Source: Mycobacteriales bacterium (GTDB taxonomy: Bacteria; Actinomycetota; Actinomycetes; JAFAQI01). Taken from it: a DNA stretch of 64,000 nucleotides. Below the pieces are notes generated by a model. It worked only from the letters and a program-made list of their open reading frames with translations. It was not told where the DNA came from and ran no database searches. Within the stretch, counting starts at the first letter, position 1; each line of letters starts with the position of its first letter. The stretch is from assembly GCA_035550055.1 (NCBI GenBank), contig DASZRO010000080.1:8937-72936 (forward strand), in the 5' to 3' direction. The position numbers and the translations under genes were made by a program. Below are positions 52,122-62,257 of this stretch, one piece after another.

Positions 52122-54599
52122 ATGAGGCGCCCCCAGCTCTTGACCTTGCTCGTCGCGGCCGTGGTCGCACTCGGTGGCGGGACCGCCGGCGCGGCCGCCG
52201 CTCGATCCACGAGCGCACCGGCTGGCGGCGTCACCTCGCTGCTGAAGTCGCTGACGTGGGACGTCCTGCCGGGGCTGGCCAAGCTCACGCCGACCGGCCA
52301 TCCCGCCAGCGCGACGGTGCTCCACCTCGGGGTGATGCTCGACAACCCGCACGACGCGGCCCTGCAGCGCCTGGCGTACGCCGTCAACGACCCGGCAAGC
52401 GCGCAGTACCGGCACTTCCGCACCCCGGCGCAGCTCGACAAGGCGTTCGGGCTGCCGGCCTCGACCGGGGCGGAGCTTCGCGACTGGCTGACCAGCGGAG
52501 GTCTGAGGATCGGGTACGCCGCGCCGAGCAACGACTTCGTCGAAGCGGACGGCACCGTCGGCCAGGTCGAGAAGCTGCTCGGCACCCAACTGGCGACGTA
52601 CGCCGACAAGGGGCTGCACTTCATGGCGAACACCAGCGCCCCGAAAGTGCCCGCCGACCTCGACGTCGCGAGCCTCATGGGGCTGAACTCGCTGCAGCAC
52701 TTCTCGCCGGTGGCCCCGCGGGTCACGAAGCACACCTCGCCGTCCGCCACCGGGTGCTTCGAGGGCATCAAGTTCCCGTGCGAAGAGGGCTACGACGCCG
52801 CCGACATCGCGCGCCTCTACGACGGGCCGGCCGCCAACCAGGGCCAGGGGCAGTCGATGGCGATCTTCGGTGAAGGCCAGACCGCCCCGGTGATCGGCGA
52901 CCTGCGCCGGTTCGAGGCCTACAACCACCTGCCGCGCGTCAACGTGAAGGTGATCCACACCGGCCTCGGCCCGTACACCAGCAACGACGGCCAGGACGAG
53001 TGGGACCTCGACACCCAGTCCTCGACCGCGATGTCCCCGGACGTCTCCGAGCTCGACCTCTACTTCGCCAGGACGCTGTCCGACGCCGACGTCGCCACCG
53101 AGTTCGCCCAGTGGATCAACGACCCGAGCGCGCCGCTGCAGGCCAGCGCCAGCTTCGGCGAGTGCGAGACCGACCCGCTCAACGTCGCGTTCGGCAACCC
53201 GGTTCTCACCAGCCTCGCGCTGCCCGTGGCCGAAGGGCTCGGCGACAACCTCGAGCCGGCGATCGAGAACACCCTGATGCCGCGCATCCTGGCCGAAGGC
53301 CGCACGCTGTTCAACTCCTCGGGCGACACCGGCAGCTCCTGCCCGATCCTCGCGGTGTCGGGGATCGGCGGCGGCAACGGCGTGCTCAACCAGGTCGTCC
53401 CGATCCAGAGCTACCCCACCGTCAGCAAGTACGTCGTCTCCGTCGGCGGGACGCTGCTCTACAGCGACGGCAACACGCCGCCCAGCCGCAAGCTCGAGCT
53501 GGCCAGCCCGTACGGCGGCGGCGGCTCGTCGCTGTTCAACAGCGCGCCCCCCTGGCAGAGCAAGGTGCTGACCCTGCCCTGCGTGATCGGGTACGACGGG
53601 CAGCTCTACCCGCCGGGGACGAAGTGCCGCGGCGTACCCGACGTCTCCGCCCAGTTCGGGGACGCTCTCGCCCTCGGCTTCGACGTCTTCGTCGACGGCA
53701 AGCTGCTGACGACCGGCGGCACCTCCCTCGCGTCGCCGCTGTGGATGGGTGCCTGGACCCGGGTGCAGGCCGCAGCGGCCAACCCGCACAAGGGAAACGG
53801 CTCGGCCGACCCGATCCTCTACCGGATCGGGCAGAGCCCGGCCTACCACCAGGCGTTCCACGACGTGACCCTCGGCACGAACGGGCTCTACCTCGCCACC
53901 CCCGGCTACGACCTCGTCACCGGCTGGGGCTCACCCGACATGACCGGGCTGATCAAAGCCGTCGACGGCAAGCTCGCGCCGACGTCGCATGACGACACTC
54001 CGGCGGCGCCGCTGCAGCCGCTCGCGCACTGTTCGACCGTGTTCACTTCGCCGGCCGGCAATGCGGTCGACGAGAACCTCGTCGGCTATCCCGGCCACCT
54101 CAGCCCGCAGCCCCAGCTCGACATCGTCAAGGGCGCACTCTCCCTTGCCCGCGGCGGCAAGTACCTGCGAACCGTGATGACCATCTCCGACCTGAGCACC
54201 AAGCTGCCGCTCGACGCGATCCAGCCGACGACGGTGCTGCCCGGTGGCGAGGACTGGACCTTCGACGTCGTCGTGCACGGTACGACGTACTTCGCCACTG
54301 CGCACTACGAGACCGGCGCGGCCGTGACCTACAGCGGCGGGAAGATCAGTCACAAGACCGGTACGCCGGTGCCCCTCAAGGGCGACACGATCCTCGGCGC
54401 GTTCCACCCGGGCCACGACGGCACCATCACCATGGACATCCCGCTGAGCGCGATGCACGACCCGAAGCCCGGCACCCGCATCCAGGAACCGATGGCGTAC
54501 ACCGACATGAACAGCGCGCTGCCGTTCCTGGCGTTCACCGACGCCGCGGGCCCGAGCCTCGACTACTCGCTCGGCGCGAGGCCGGCCAAGGCCTGCTGA
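52122..54599 (+). CDS. S53 sedolisin-family peptidase, second paralog, with C-terminal extension
   Basis: ATG 52122 is preferred because the track start at 52083 abuts the tRNA 5' end. Signal peptide, propeptide, and motifs QDEWDLDTQ, NSSGDTG and GGTSLASP. About 250 aa of extra C-terminal sequence. Confidence 0.85.
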   Translation: MRRPQLLTLLVAAVVALGGGTAGAAAARSTSAPAGGVTSLLKSLTWDVLPGLAKLTPTGHPASATVLHLGVMLDNPHDAALQRLAYAVNDPASAQYRHFRTPAQLDKAFGLPASTGAELRDWLTSGGLRIGYAAPSNDFVEADGTVGQVEKLLGTQLATYADKGLHFMANTSAPKVPADLDVASLMGLNSLQHFSPVAPRVTKHTSPSATGCFEGIKFPCEEGYDAADIARLYDGPAANQGQGQSMAIFGEGQTAPVIGDLRRFEAYNHLPRVNVKVIHTGLGPYTSNDGQDEWDLDTQSSTAMSPDVSELDLYFARTLSDADVATEFAQWINDPSAPLQASASFGECETDPLNVAFGNPVLTSLALPVAEGLGDNLEPAIENTLMPRILAEGRTLFNSSGDTGSSCPILAVSGIGGGNGVLNQVVPIQSYPTVSKYVVSVGGTLLYSDGNTPPSRKLELASPYGGGGSSLFNSAPPWQSKVLTLPCVIGYDGQLYPPGTKCRGVPDVSAQFGDALALGFDVFVDGKLLTTGGTSLASPLWMGAWTRVQAAAANPHKGNGSADPILYRIGQSPAYHQAFHDVTLGTNGLYLATPGYDLVTGWGSPDMTGLIKAVDGKLAPTSHDDTPAAPLQPLAHCSTVFTSPAGNAVDENLVGYPGHLSPQPQLDIVKGALSLARGGKYLRTVMTISDLSTKLPLDAIQPTTVLPGGEDWTFDVVVHGTTYFATAHYETGAAVTYSGGKISHKTGTPVPLKGDTILGAFHPGHDGTITMDIPLSAMHDPKPGTRIQEPMAYTDMNSALPFLAFTDAAGPSLDYSLGARPAKAC

Positions 54600-54659
54600 C
54601 GCAGGCCATCTCGCCGAGACCTATGCAGGTCGCGAAAAGACGAGCCTCGAGACGAGGAC

Positions 54660-55130
54660 CTACGTTGGGCTCGGCGGAAGGTCCGCGAGGGCTTTGAGGT
54701 AGTCGGCGATGTCGCGAGGGTCGGCGATCGCGCTGCTGACGGTCCAGCGCACGACACCGGCGGCGTCGATGACGTACGTCGACCGTCCCGCCGCGCCGAG
54801 GGTCTCGTCGAACGCCCCGTAGGTCTTCGAGACCGCGCCGTGCGGCCAGAAGTCGGACAGCAGCGGGATCTCCAGGCCGCTGCTGTCGGCGAACGCCCGC
54901 AGCGACGGGACCGGGTCACAGGAGACCGCGAGCACGTCGGTCCCGAGCGCGTCCCACTCCGAGACGTGTTCCTGCAGGGCGAGCATCTCGCCACTGCACA
55001 CCCCGGTGAAGGCGAACGGATAGAAGACGAGCAGGACGTTGCGCGACCCGCTGCGCGCCGCGAGCGACTGCTCCCTGCCGTGCTGGTCCCGCAGTGCAAA
55101 GCCCGCAGCGGGCTGCCCGACCTCCGGCAC
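54660..55130 (-). CDS. ahpE: peroxiredoxin, AhpE-like
   Basis: Motif LVFYPFAFTGVCSGE, a 1-Cys Prx pattern. Same position relative to aceE as M. tuberculosis ahpE. Confidence 0.85.
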   Translation of the reverse strand: MPEVGQPAAGFALRDQHGREQSLAARSGSRNVLLVFYPFAFTGVCSGEMLALQEHVSEWDALGTDVLAVSCDPVPSLRAFADSSGLEIPLLSDFWPHGAVSKTYGAFDETLGAAGRSTYVIDAAGVVRWTVSSAIADPRDIADYLKALADLPPSPT

Positions 55131-55570
55131 TAGCGACCCTTGCTACGCGCGGCCTTCGGCGACACCAGACGTGCGCCGTTCCAGTCCGCCGCGGCGGAGA
55201 CGCTCGACGTCTGCTGCAGGCCCGCCGTCGGCGCCGCCTCGCTCACGTCGCTCGGTTCGACGTGCCCGTCACGCCCAGCCTTGGGCGTCAGCAGCCAGAT
55301 CACGCCGTGGTCCGCGAGTGGCGTCAACGCGTCGACCAGCGCGTCGACGAGGTCGCCGTCGCCGTCGCGCCACCACAGCAGCACGACGTCGACAACGTCG
55401 TCGTAGTCCTCGTCAACCAGCTCCGAGCCCGCACGCTCGGCGATCAGCTGCCGCAGCTCGTCGTCGCAGTCGTCGTCCCAGCCCAGCTCCTGTACGACGA
55501 CCCCCGCGGTGATTCCCAGCTTGTCCGCGACGCCGTGGGGGCTGCCCGCACCGCCGTCGGTGGCGCTCAC
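55130..55570 (-). CDS. DUF3052 domain-containing protein (Rv2239c-like)
   Basis: 146 aa with motifs [10 protein letters not shown] and [11 protein letters not shown]. Its stop overlaps the ahpE start by 1 nt. Confidence 0.75.
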   Translation of the reverse strand: MSATDGGAGSPHGVADKLGITAGVVVQELGWDDDCDDELRQLIAERAGSELVDEDYDDVVDVVLLWWRDGDGDLVDALVDALTPLADHGVIWLLTPKAGRDGHVEPSDVSEAAPTAGLQQTSSVSAAADWNGARLVSPKAARSKGR

Positions 55571-55736
55571 CGTGGGTTACCTCCAAATCGTGAGACGTGC
55601 ACTAGCCGTGTGCGGGCTAGTCCACAGGTTGATCGCGTCAAACGCAAGTGTTCCGCATCCCCGGCCTCGGCGTAGCGTTCGGGTATCAGGCCGGCGAAGC
55701 CGGCACCGAATCTGGGTGGCGGGGCGGGAGGCGGAC

Positions 55737-58472
55737 GTGGCGACGGGACGCAACCGTTACTCGGTCATCAGCGACGGCCTGCCGAGCCAGATCCCGGACG
55801 TGGACCCCGGCGAGACGCAGGAGTGGCTCGACTCCCTCGACGCCGTCATCGACACCGCCGGCGCGCGCCGCGCCCGGTTTCTCATGCTCAAGCTGCTCGA
55901 GCGCGCCCGGGAGCGGCAGGTCGGCGTACCGGCGCTTCGCTCGACCGACTACATCAACACGATCCCGGTCGCCGACGAGCCGTGGTTCCCGGGCGACGAG
56001 TTCGTCGAGCGCCGGATCCGCGCCTACATCCGCTGGAACGCGGCGATCATGGTCAGCCGCGCCAACACGCTGACCAACGTCGGCGGGCACATCGCGACCT
56101 ACGCCAGCAGCGCCAGCCTCTACGAGGTCGGCTTCAACCACTTCTTCCGCGGCAAGGAGGGCGGCGAGTCCGGCGACCAGGTCTACATCCAGGGTCACGG
56201 CTCGCCGGGGGTCTACGCGCGCGCCTTCCTCGAAGGGCGGCTGACCGAGGCTCACCTCGACGGGTTCCGCCAGGAGATCAGCCGCGGCGGGTTGCCGTCG
56301 TACCCGCACCCGCGGTTGATGCCCGACTTCTGGGAGTTCCCGACCGTCTCGATGGGCCTGTCGCCTCTGCAGGCGATCTACCAGGCGCGGTTCAACCGCT
56401 ACCTGCACGACCGGCAGATCAAGGACACCTCGCGCAGCCAGGTGTGGGGCTTCTTCGGTGACGGCGAGATGGACGAGGTCGAGTCACTCGGCGCGCTCGG
56501 CGTCGCCGCCCGCGAGGAGCTCGACAACCTCACCTTCGTCGTCAACTGCAACCTGCAGCGCCTCGACGGCCCGGTCCGGGGCAACGGCAAGATCATCCAG
56601 GAGCTCGAGTCCTACTTCCGGGGTGCCGGCTGGCACGTGATCAAGGTCGTGTGGGGCCGCGAATGGGACGAGCTGCTCGCCCGCGACGCCGACGGCGTAC
56701 TGGTCAACGCGATGAACACCACGCCGGACGGGCAGTTCCAGAAGTACTCGGTGAGTGACGGCGCCTTCATCCGCGAGGACTTCTTCGGGCGTGACCCGCG
56801 GCTGCGCAAGATGGTCGAGCACCTCTCCGACGAGCAGATCACCCGGCTCTCCCGCGGCGGGCACGACTACCGGAAGGTGTACGCCGCGTTCAAGGCCGCG
56901 CGCGACCACGTCGGACAGCCGACCGTGATCCTCGCCCACACGATCAAGGGCTGGACGCTCGGCAAGGACTTCGAGGCGCGCAACGCGACGCACCAGATGA
57001 AGAAGCTGACCAAGCCGGAGCTGAAGGACTTCCGCGACCGGCTCTACCTGGAGATCCCCGACTCCGCCCTCGACGCCGACCTGCCGCCGTACTACCACCC
57101 CGGTCCTGACAGCGACGAGGTCTCCTACATGCTCGAGCGCCGCCGCGCGCTCGGCGGCCTGCTGCCGCAGCGGCTCAACCGGTCCAAGCCGCTGATGCTG
57201 CCGGGCGACAAGGTCTACGACGTCTTCCGGAAAGGATCGGGGCGCCAGCAGGTCGCGACGACGATGGCGTTCGTCCGGCTGCTGCGCGACCTGATGAAGG
57301 ACAAGAACATCGGCCCGCGCTTCGTACCGGTGATCCCTGACGAGGCGCGCACGTTCGGGATGGACGCGATGTTCCCCAGCGCGAAGATCTACTCGACGCA
57401 CGGGCAGCGCTACGACCCGGTCGACGCGGAGCTGCTGCTGTCCTACCGCGAGGACACGCAAGGCCAGATCCTGCACGAGGGCATCAGCGAAGCCGGCTCG
57501 ATGGCCAGCGTGATCGCCGCCGGCTCGGCGTACGCGACCCACTCCGAGCCCATGATCCCGATCTACATCTTCTATTCGATGTTCGGCTTCCAGCGCACCG
57601 GCGACCTGATGTGGGCGATGGCCGACCAGCTCGCCAAGGGCTTCCTGCTGGGTGCGACGGCGGGCCGCACGACGCTCAACGGCGAGGGTCTTCAGCACGA
57701 GGACGGCCACTCGCTGCTGCTCGCCGCCACGAACCCGGCGTGCATCGCCTACGACCCGGCGTTCGCCTACGAGCTCGCCTTCGTCGTGAAGGACGCGTTG
57801 CGCCGGATGTACGGCGAGGCCAAGCCGGGCGAGGACACCAACGTCTTCTACTACCTGACGCTCTACAACGAGCCGAAGCCGCAACCCGCCACCCCGGACC
57901 TGCCCGACCTCGAAGAGCAGGTGCTGCGCGGGCTCTACCGGTTCGCGGTCGCACCGGAGATCGCCGGCGCGAACGGCGGCACGCCGCGAGCGCAGCTGAT
58001 CGCCAGCGGCACCGCGATCCACTGGGCGCTCGCCGCGCAACGGATGCTCGCCGAGGACTGGCACGTCGCCGCCGACGTGTGGAGTGCCACCTCCTGGACC
58101 GAGCTGCGCCGCGACGGGCTGCGCTGCGACCGGGAGAACCGGCTGGCCGCGGCGACCGGTGGCGCCGAGCAGCGCAAGCCGTGGGTCACCCAGCAGCTGG
58201 AGGACGCGCCCGGGCCGGTGATCGCGGTCAGTGACTGGATGCGCGCCGTGCCCGACCAGATCGAGAAGTGGGTGCCGGGCGACTGGTCCTCGCTCGGCAC
58301 CGACGGCTTCGGTCGCTCCGACACCCGCGAGGCGCTGCGCCGCTACTTCGCCGTCGACGCGGAGTCGATCGTGCTGGCGACCCTCACCGAGCTGGCCCGG
58401 CTCGGCGAAGTCAAGCCCGACGCCCCCGCCGAGGCGATCACCCGCTACTCCCTCGCAGCGGATGGCTCATAG
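55737..58472 (+). CDS. aceE: pyruvate dehydrogenase E1 component (homodimeric type)
   Basis: GTG follows GGGAGG and gives 911 aa. Hallmarks include [39 protein letters not shown] and [14 protein letters not shown]. Confidence 0.9.
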   Translation: MATGRNRYSVISDGLPSQIPDVDPGETQEWLDSLDAVIDTAGARRARFLMLKLLERARERQVGVPALRSTDYINTIPVADEPWFPGDEFVERRIRAYIRWNAAIMVSRANTLTNVGGHIATYASSASLYEVGFNHFFRGKEGGESGDQVYIQGHGSPGVYARAFLEGRLTEAHLDGFRQEISRGGLPSYPHPRLMPDFWEFPTVSMGLSPLQAIYQARFNRYLHDRQIKDTSRSQVWGFFGDGEMDEVESLGALGVAAREELDNLTFVVNCNLQRLDGPVRGNGKIIQELESYFRGAGWHVIKVVWGREWDELLARDADGVLVNAMNTTPDGQFQKYSVSDGAFIREDFFGRDPRLRKMVEHLSDEQITRLSRGGHDYRKVYAAFKAARDHVGQPTVILAHTIKGWTLGKDFEARNATHQMKKLTKPELKDFRDRLYLEIPDSALDADLPPYYHPGPDSDEVSYMLERRRALGGLLPQRLNRSKPLMLPGDKVYDVFRKGSGRQQVATTMAFVRLLRDLMKDKNIGPRFVPVIPDEARTFGMDAMFPSAKIYSTHGQRYDPVDAELLLSYREDTQGQILHEGISEAGSMASVIAAGSAYATHSEPMIPIYIFYSMFGFQRTGDLMWAMADQLAKGFLLGATAGRTTLNGEGLQHEDGHSLLLAATNPACIAYDPAFAYELAFVVKDALRRMYGEAKPGEDTNVFYYLTLYNEPKPQPATPDLPDLEEQVLRGLYRFAVAPEIAGANGGTPRAQLIASGTAIHWALAAQRMLAEDWHVAADVWSATSWTELRRDGLRCDRENRLAAATGGAEQRKPWVTQQLEDAPGPVIAVSDWMRAVPDQIEKWVPGDWSSLGTDGFGRSDTREALRRYFAVDAESIVLATLTELARLGEVKPDAPAEAITRYSLAADGS

Positions 58473-58557
58473 CTCCACTCGGCGTTTCTGCGCGGTTGAG
58501 CGCGGTCTGCGGCTGAGAATGCCGGGACAGGGTGGGGACGCGTGGGGAGGTAGGGCC

Positions 58558-59379
58558 GTGGCCAACCGTCGTGGTTCCGTCGCCATCTCCTCTCTCGAGT
58601 CCCACCCCAACGCCCTCGAGATCCTCGCCATCACCTCGCGGCTGCCGTGCATCACCGACGACCAGCTGATCCAGCTCGCGGCCGCCTGGGAGAACACCTC
58701 TGAGCTCGGCGAGGCCCGCCGCCACGCCCTCGAACCCGACTCCCCGCTGGTGTTCGAGGCGCTGTCCCGGTTCGAGACCGTCCAGGTGCTCTTCGCCGAG
58801 GAGATCCGCGGCGGCGAGGAGTACCTCGGCGTGGAGCCGGAGGCCGCCTCGACCGCGTTGAAGGCGATCCGGGACGCGATCGCCGCGGCGTACGCCCGCC
58901 CCGCCATCACCGCCGCAGAACACGCGGTCCTGACCAAGGCGTGGCGGGTCGCCTTCCCGGAGGACCGCATCGCGACGCCCGACCTCGGCACGCGGCCCGG
59001 CGACGTCACCAGCCTGCTCCACGCGCTGCCCCGGCTCGCCGCGACCTGTCATGACAACGCCGCCGCAGCCGACTACGCCGCGATCCTCGACGCGAGTTTC
59101 GCCGCGGACGAGGACATCCACTGGGCCGCCCGTGAAGAGGCCTGGCACGCCGCGGTGCTGACCTCGCGACGGCGCATGTGGTGGCTCATCCGGCACACCG
59201 CCGACTGCGAACGCGCCCGCTACTGCCTGACCTGCCGGCAACGCGAGCGCTCCTCCGAGACCGAGCGCGTCCTCACCTTCGTGGCGGACGCCGCCTGCGG
59301 GCTGCTGGTGTCAGGAACCCTCGACGAGGACATCGTCGAGGTCCTCACCACACCGGTCGAGTCCCTCGTCGCGACCTGA
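58558..59379 (+). CDS. hypothetical protein
   Basis: GTG follows GGGGAGG. 273 aa, helical, with a CxxxxxxCxxC cluster (ADCERARYCLTC). No family recognised. Confidence 0.55.
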   Translation: MANRRGSVAISSLESHPNALEILAITSRLPCITDDQLIQLAAAWENTSELGEARRHALEPDSPLVFEALSRFETVQVLFAEEIRGGEEYLGVEPEAASTALKAIRDAIAAAYARPAITAAEHAVLTKAWRVAFPEDRIATPDLGTRPGDVTSLLHALPRLAATCHDNAAAADYAAILDASFAADEDIHWAAREEAWHAAVLTSRRRMWWLIRHTADCERARYCLTCRQRERSSETERVLTFVADAACGLLVSGTLDEDIVEVLTTPVESLVAT

Positions 59380-59487
59380 GCACCCGCGCGCCTGGCGCCT
59401 GGCAAACGGTCCGGTCCACGACCCGCCGGGATTGCCGAGCGGCTTTCGCGGATACATATCGGCCATGCACGTACGGCGGGAGCGGCG

Positions 59488-59721
59488 ATGAGCTCGCCGT
59501 GGGCGCTGGCGGTGCTGCTGTTCACCCCCAGCCTGTTCGGCCTGGCGCTGCTGATGAACTGGCTGGAGACGCACTTCACTCACCAGCTGGTCGCCGACGA
59601 GCTTGCCATCGCGTGGCGGTCGACGGAGTCCGCCGACGACCTCGAGGAGGAGGTCGGCCGCATCGTCGCCCGCGTGATGGTGGACTCTGCGGCCAATCGG
59701 CCGGGGCTTGTGAAGACCTAG
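59488..59721 (+). CDS. small membrane protein with acidic tail
   Basis: ATG follows GGGAG. It has one TM helix (WALAVLLFTPSLFGLALLM), and the stop lies inside the following hairpin. Confidence 0.45.
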   Translation: MSSPWALAVLLFTPSLFGLALLMNWLETHFTHQLVADELAIAWRSTESADDLEEEVGRIVARVMVDSAANRPGLVKT

Positions 59722-59755
59722 CGCCAGCCCAGCGGCCCTAGGTCTTCACAAGCCC
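59704..59755. terminator. 18-bp perfect hairpin between convergent genes (bidirectional terminator candidate)
   Basis: gggcttgtgaagacctag / ctaggtcttcacaagccc with a 16-nt loop. There is no U-tract. Confidence 0.55.
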
Positions 59756-59773
59756 TTCCGGGCCGCGGTGGAG

Positions 59774-60265
59774 CTAGACGGCGGCGCTGAGCCAGCGGAC
59801 GGGCGTACCGTCGCCGCTGCGCCGGTAGATCTCGAGCTCGTCGTCCCACGCCGTCCCCAGCAGCCGCTCGATCGAGTGCCGCATCGACGGCAGGTCGCTG
59901 CCGTCGGCCAACAGCGCCCGCAGCCGGTCCTCCTGGACCAGTACGTCGCCGTTGGCGCTCATCGAGGCCCGGAACACGCCGAGGTCGGGCGTCATCGAGT
60001 ACCGCTCGCCGTCACTGCCCTCGCTGGGCTCCTCGGTGATCTCGACGCGCAGCAGCGGCCAGGTGCGAAGCGCGTTGGCGAGCCGCCCGGCGGTGCCCGC
60101 CGGACCCCGCCAGCCGGTCTGCGCGCGCAGGCAGCCGGGCGCGATCGGCTGCTCGTGCCAGTCCAGCTTCACGGGCACGTTGAGGACGCCCGCAACCGCC
60201 CACTCCAGGTGGGGCTGCACCGCAGGCGGGCACGAGTGCACGAACAGCACACCGCGAGCGCTCAC
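59774..60265 (-). CDS. DUF3145 domain-containing protein
   Basis: GTG follows GGAGG. The N-terminus VSARGVLFVHSCPPAVQPHLEWAV is typical of DUF3145. Confidence 0.75.
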   Translation of the reverse strand: MSARGVLFVHSCPPAVQPHLEWAVAGVLNVPVKLDWHEQPIAPGCLRAQTGWRGPAGTAGRLANALRTWPLLRVEITEEPSEGSDGERYSMTPDLGVFRASMSANGDVLVQEDRLRALLADGSDLPSMRHSIERLLGTAWDDELEIYRRSGDGTPVRWLSAAV

Positions 60266-60417
60266 CGTGACCTCCGTCGTCGTGTCGAGGGTTCGCCTTC
60301 CCCAGCGCTCTCGACTGCGACGTCGCCATCCCGGCGGGTGCGCGTCCATTGTGCATCATCCGCCCCACAAGCACCAGCACCGCGCGGCGACGTTTGAGGC
60401 CCGGGTAACTTCAGGGC

Positions 60418-60525
60418 GTGCGGTACGTCGCTCTGGTCGTGATCGCGGCCGTGTTCCTTACCGGCGTCGTGTGGTGGGCGTTGTTCCTCGGCAACGCCGT
60501 CGTCGGCCTGGTACGCCGCAAGTAG
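60418..60525 (+). CDS. possible 35-aa single-TM peptide
   Basis: The GTG..TAG frame encodes VRYVALVVIAAVFLTGVVWWALFLGNAVVGLVRRK. Its TAG abuts the GTG of the next gene. It is too short for the ORF track and has a weak RBS. Confidence 0.3.
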   Translation: MRYVALVVIAAVFLTGVVWWALFLGNAVVGLVRRK

Positions 60526-61089
60526 GTGCCGCCGACCACCCGCGCCGCGGTCACCGTCCTGGCGGCGCTCGGCACGCTAACCGCCGGCTGCGGGGGCGGG
60601 TCCGCGCCGGCCGCGAGCACCCCGCCGGGGGTGCGCACACCGCCGAGCATCGCGGCGTTCCTACGACTGCCGGTGGCGACCCCGACCGCCTGCCCGAGCA
60701 ACGTGAGCGGCTCGTCGGACGGCCGCCGCTCGCCGTGGTCGGGCCACGTGGACGTCTCGATCTTCCTCAAACCCGGCGACACCCCCGCTCAGATCGCGGA
60801 GGTCGGCAAGCGGCTGCACGCCGCCCTCATCGTCGAGAAGACCTACTTCGAGTCCCAGGCGGAGGCGTACGCCGAGTTCCAACGCCTCTACACCTGCTCC
60901 GCCGAGGTCCCGCGGTCCGACACCCCCGCGTCCTACCGGCTCGTGCTGGAGCTGACCTCCACGGTGGGCCAGCGCAACGCCCTCGTCGCGCGGCTGCTGA
61001 AAGACCCGGCGGTGGACACCGCCAGCTGCGACCCGGCTTTGCCCTGCACCGACGTGGTCAACTCCGCCTCGGCCGCCCCGCGGCGCTAG
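60526..61089 (+). CDS. lipoprotein with FtsX-extracellular-domain-like region
   Basis: Lipobox LTAGC. The region VDVSIFLKPG..IAEVGKRL..VEKTYFESQAEAYAEFQRLY resembles the FtsX ECD fold signature. Confidence 0.65.
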   Translation: MPPTTRAAVTVLAALGTLTAGCGGGSAPAASTPPGVRTPPSIAAFLRLPVATPTACPSNVSGSSDGRRSPWSGHVDVSIFLKPGDTPAQIAEVGKRLHAALIVEKTYFESQAEAYAEFQRLYTCSAEVPRSDTPASYRLVLELTSTVGQRNALVARLLKDPAVDTASCDPALPCTDVVNSASAAPRR

Positions 61090-62255
61090 CCCGAGGCGCG
61101 CACGCCGATCCCGACCGGGATCGCCCGCTGCCGGTTGCCGTGCGGCGCGGTCTCCAGCGTGAGTGTGTTCGGGTGCCCGGGCAGCCGCGCGACCATCTCC
61201 GTCGAGGTTCCGCCGTCCAACGTGTAGCCGTTCACAGCGCGCAGGTCGGTGAGCACCGCGGACAGCTGGTTCCAGTCGAGGCCGAACCGGTCGGGACCCT
61301 GCGGGCTCTCGGCGGTGAGCAGGAGCAGCGTGGTGCGGCTGCGGGTCCACGCGATCGCGGTGCGGGCAGCCAGCACGTCACGGTCGCAGATCAGGTTCGT
61401 CCGTGGCTGGTCGGCCTGGGAGATCACCTGGGTGCCGGTGCCGTACGCCTGGGCGAACGGCACCGGCGCGTTGGTCGCCACGCTCGCGGTGACGCCGATC
61501 GCGGCGTTGTTGGCCAGTGACCTGAGCCAGCGGATGGCCTGGTCGCCGCGCGCGACCAGCATCGAGCCGCCGGCCGGCGGAGTGCGCAGCCTGCCGAGCG
61601 GGCCGGCGATGTGGCTCGCTCGGACCGGACGGGTCCGCGCATCGGAGGGCAGCGCGAACGGGTGGTGCCCCCACGCAGGGGTGATCACGGAAAGGCCGGG
61701 CGGCGGCGTGACGTCGTTGATCGCGCTGAGCACCATCACCGAGTCCGCCGACCGCACGCTGCCGACCAGCCACGCCTTGCCGTCCTCGGGCAGCTCGTCG
61801 GTCCCGAGACCGACCACGCGCTGCGGGGTGGAGGTCAGCACCATCGGGACCCCGCCCGCGATGTAGGGCACGACGGGCGGGCCGTAGTCGAGGCTGAAGT
61901 ACTGCGCGTTGGTCGCCGCGACGATGCCGGGACGATCGGCGAGCGAGGTGAGGTAGTGCACCGACGCGAGGTCGTCGTTGAGCGGCACGATCCCGACGCC
62001 GGGCTGGGTGAGATCGACGCTGAGCACCCGGATGGCGACCCGGCCGCGCGAGCCGGTGATCGACGTGGACGCCAGCGTCACGCCCGGGGCGAGGGTCAGC
62101 TGCGCCCAGTTGTAGTCGGTGTCGGCGGAGGTGGTCGCGCCGGGACAGAAGCCACCGGCCGAGGGTCGGGCGGCCGCCGGGGCACCGCCGAGCAGCAATC
62201 CCCCGGCCGCGGTCGCGACGGTCGCGAGCAGGGCGGTACGAGGTGCCAGACGCAT
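61086..62255 (-). CDS. phosphodiester glycosidase (DUF2233/NAGPA) family protein, secreted
   Basis: ATG at 62255 follows GGAGG. It has a signal peptide, and the C-terminal ..LDGGTSTEM.. is typical of the family. Confidence 0.7.
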   Translation of the reverse strand: MRLAPRTALLATVATAAGGLLLGGAPAAARPSAGGFCPGATTSADTDYNWAQLTLAPGVTLASTSITGSRGRVAIRVLSVDLTQPGVGIVPLNDDLASVHYLTSLADRPGIVAATNAQYFSLDYGPPVVPYIAGGVPMVLTSTPQRVVGLGTDELPEDGKAWLVGSVRSADSVMVLSAINDVTPPPGLSVITPAWGHHPFALPSDARTRPVRASHIAGPLGRLRTPPAGGSMLVARGDQAIRWLRSLANNAAIGVTASVATNAPVPFAQAYGTGTQVISQADQPRTNLICDRDVLAARTAIAWTRSRTTLLLLTAESPQGPDRFGLDWNQLSAVLTDLRAVNGYTLDGGTSTEMVARLPGHPNTLTLETAPHGNRQRAIPVGIGVRASG

Positions 62256-62257
62256 CG

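Noticed and set aside
55509-55736. 76-codon upstream extension of aceE in the track ORF.
   Set aside because: It overlaps the DUF3052 gene start region and lacks AceE similarity. GTG 55737 has a GGGAGG RBS and gives a normal-length E1.
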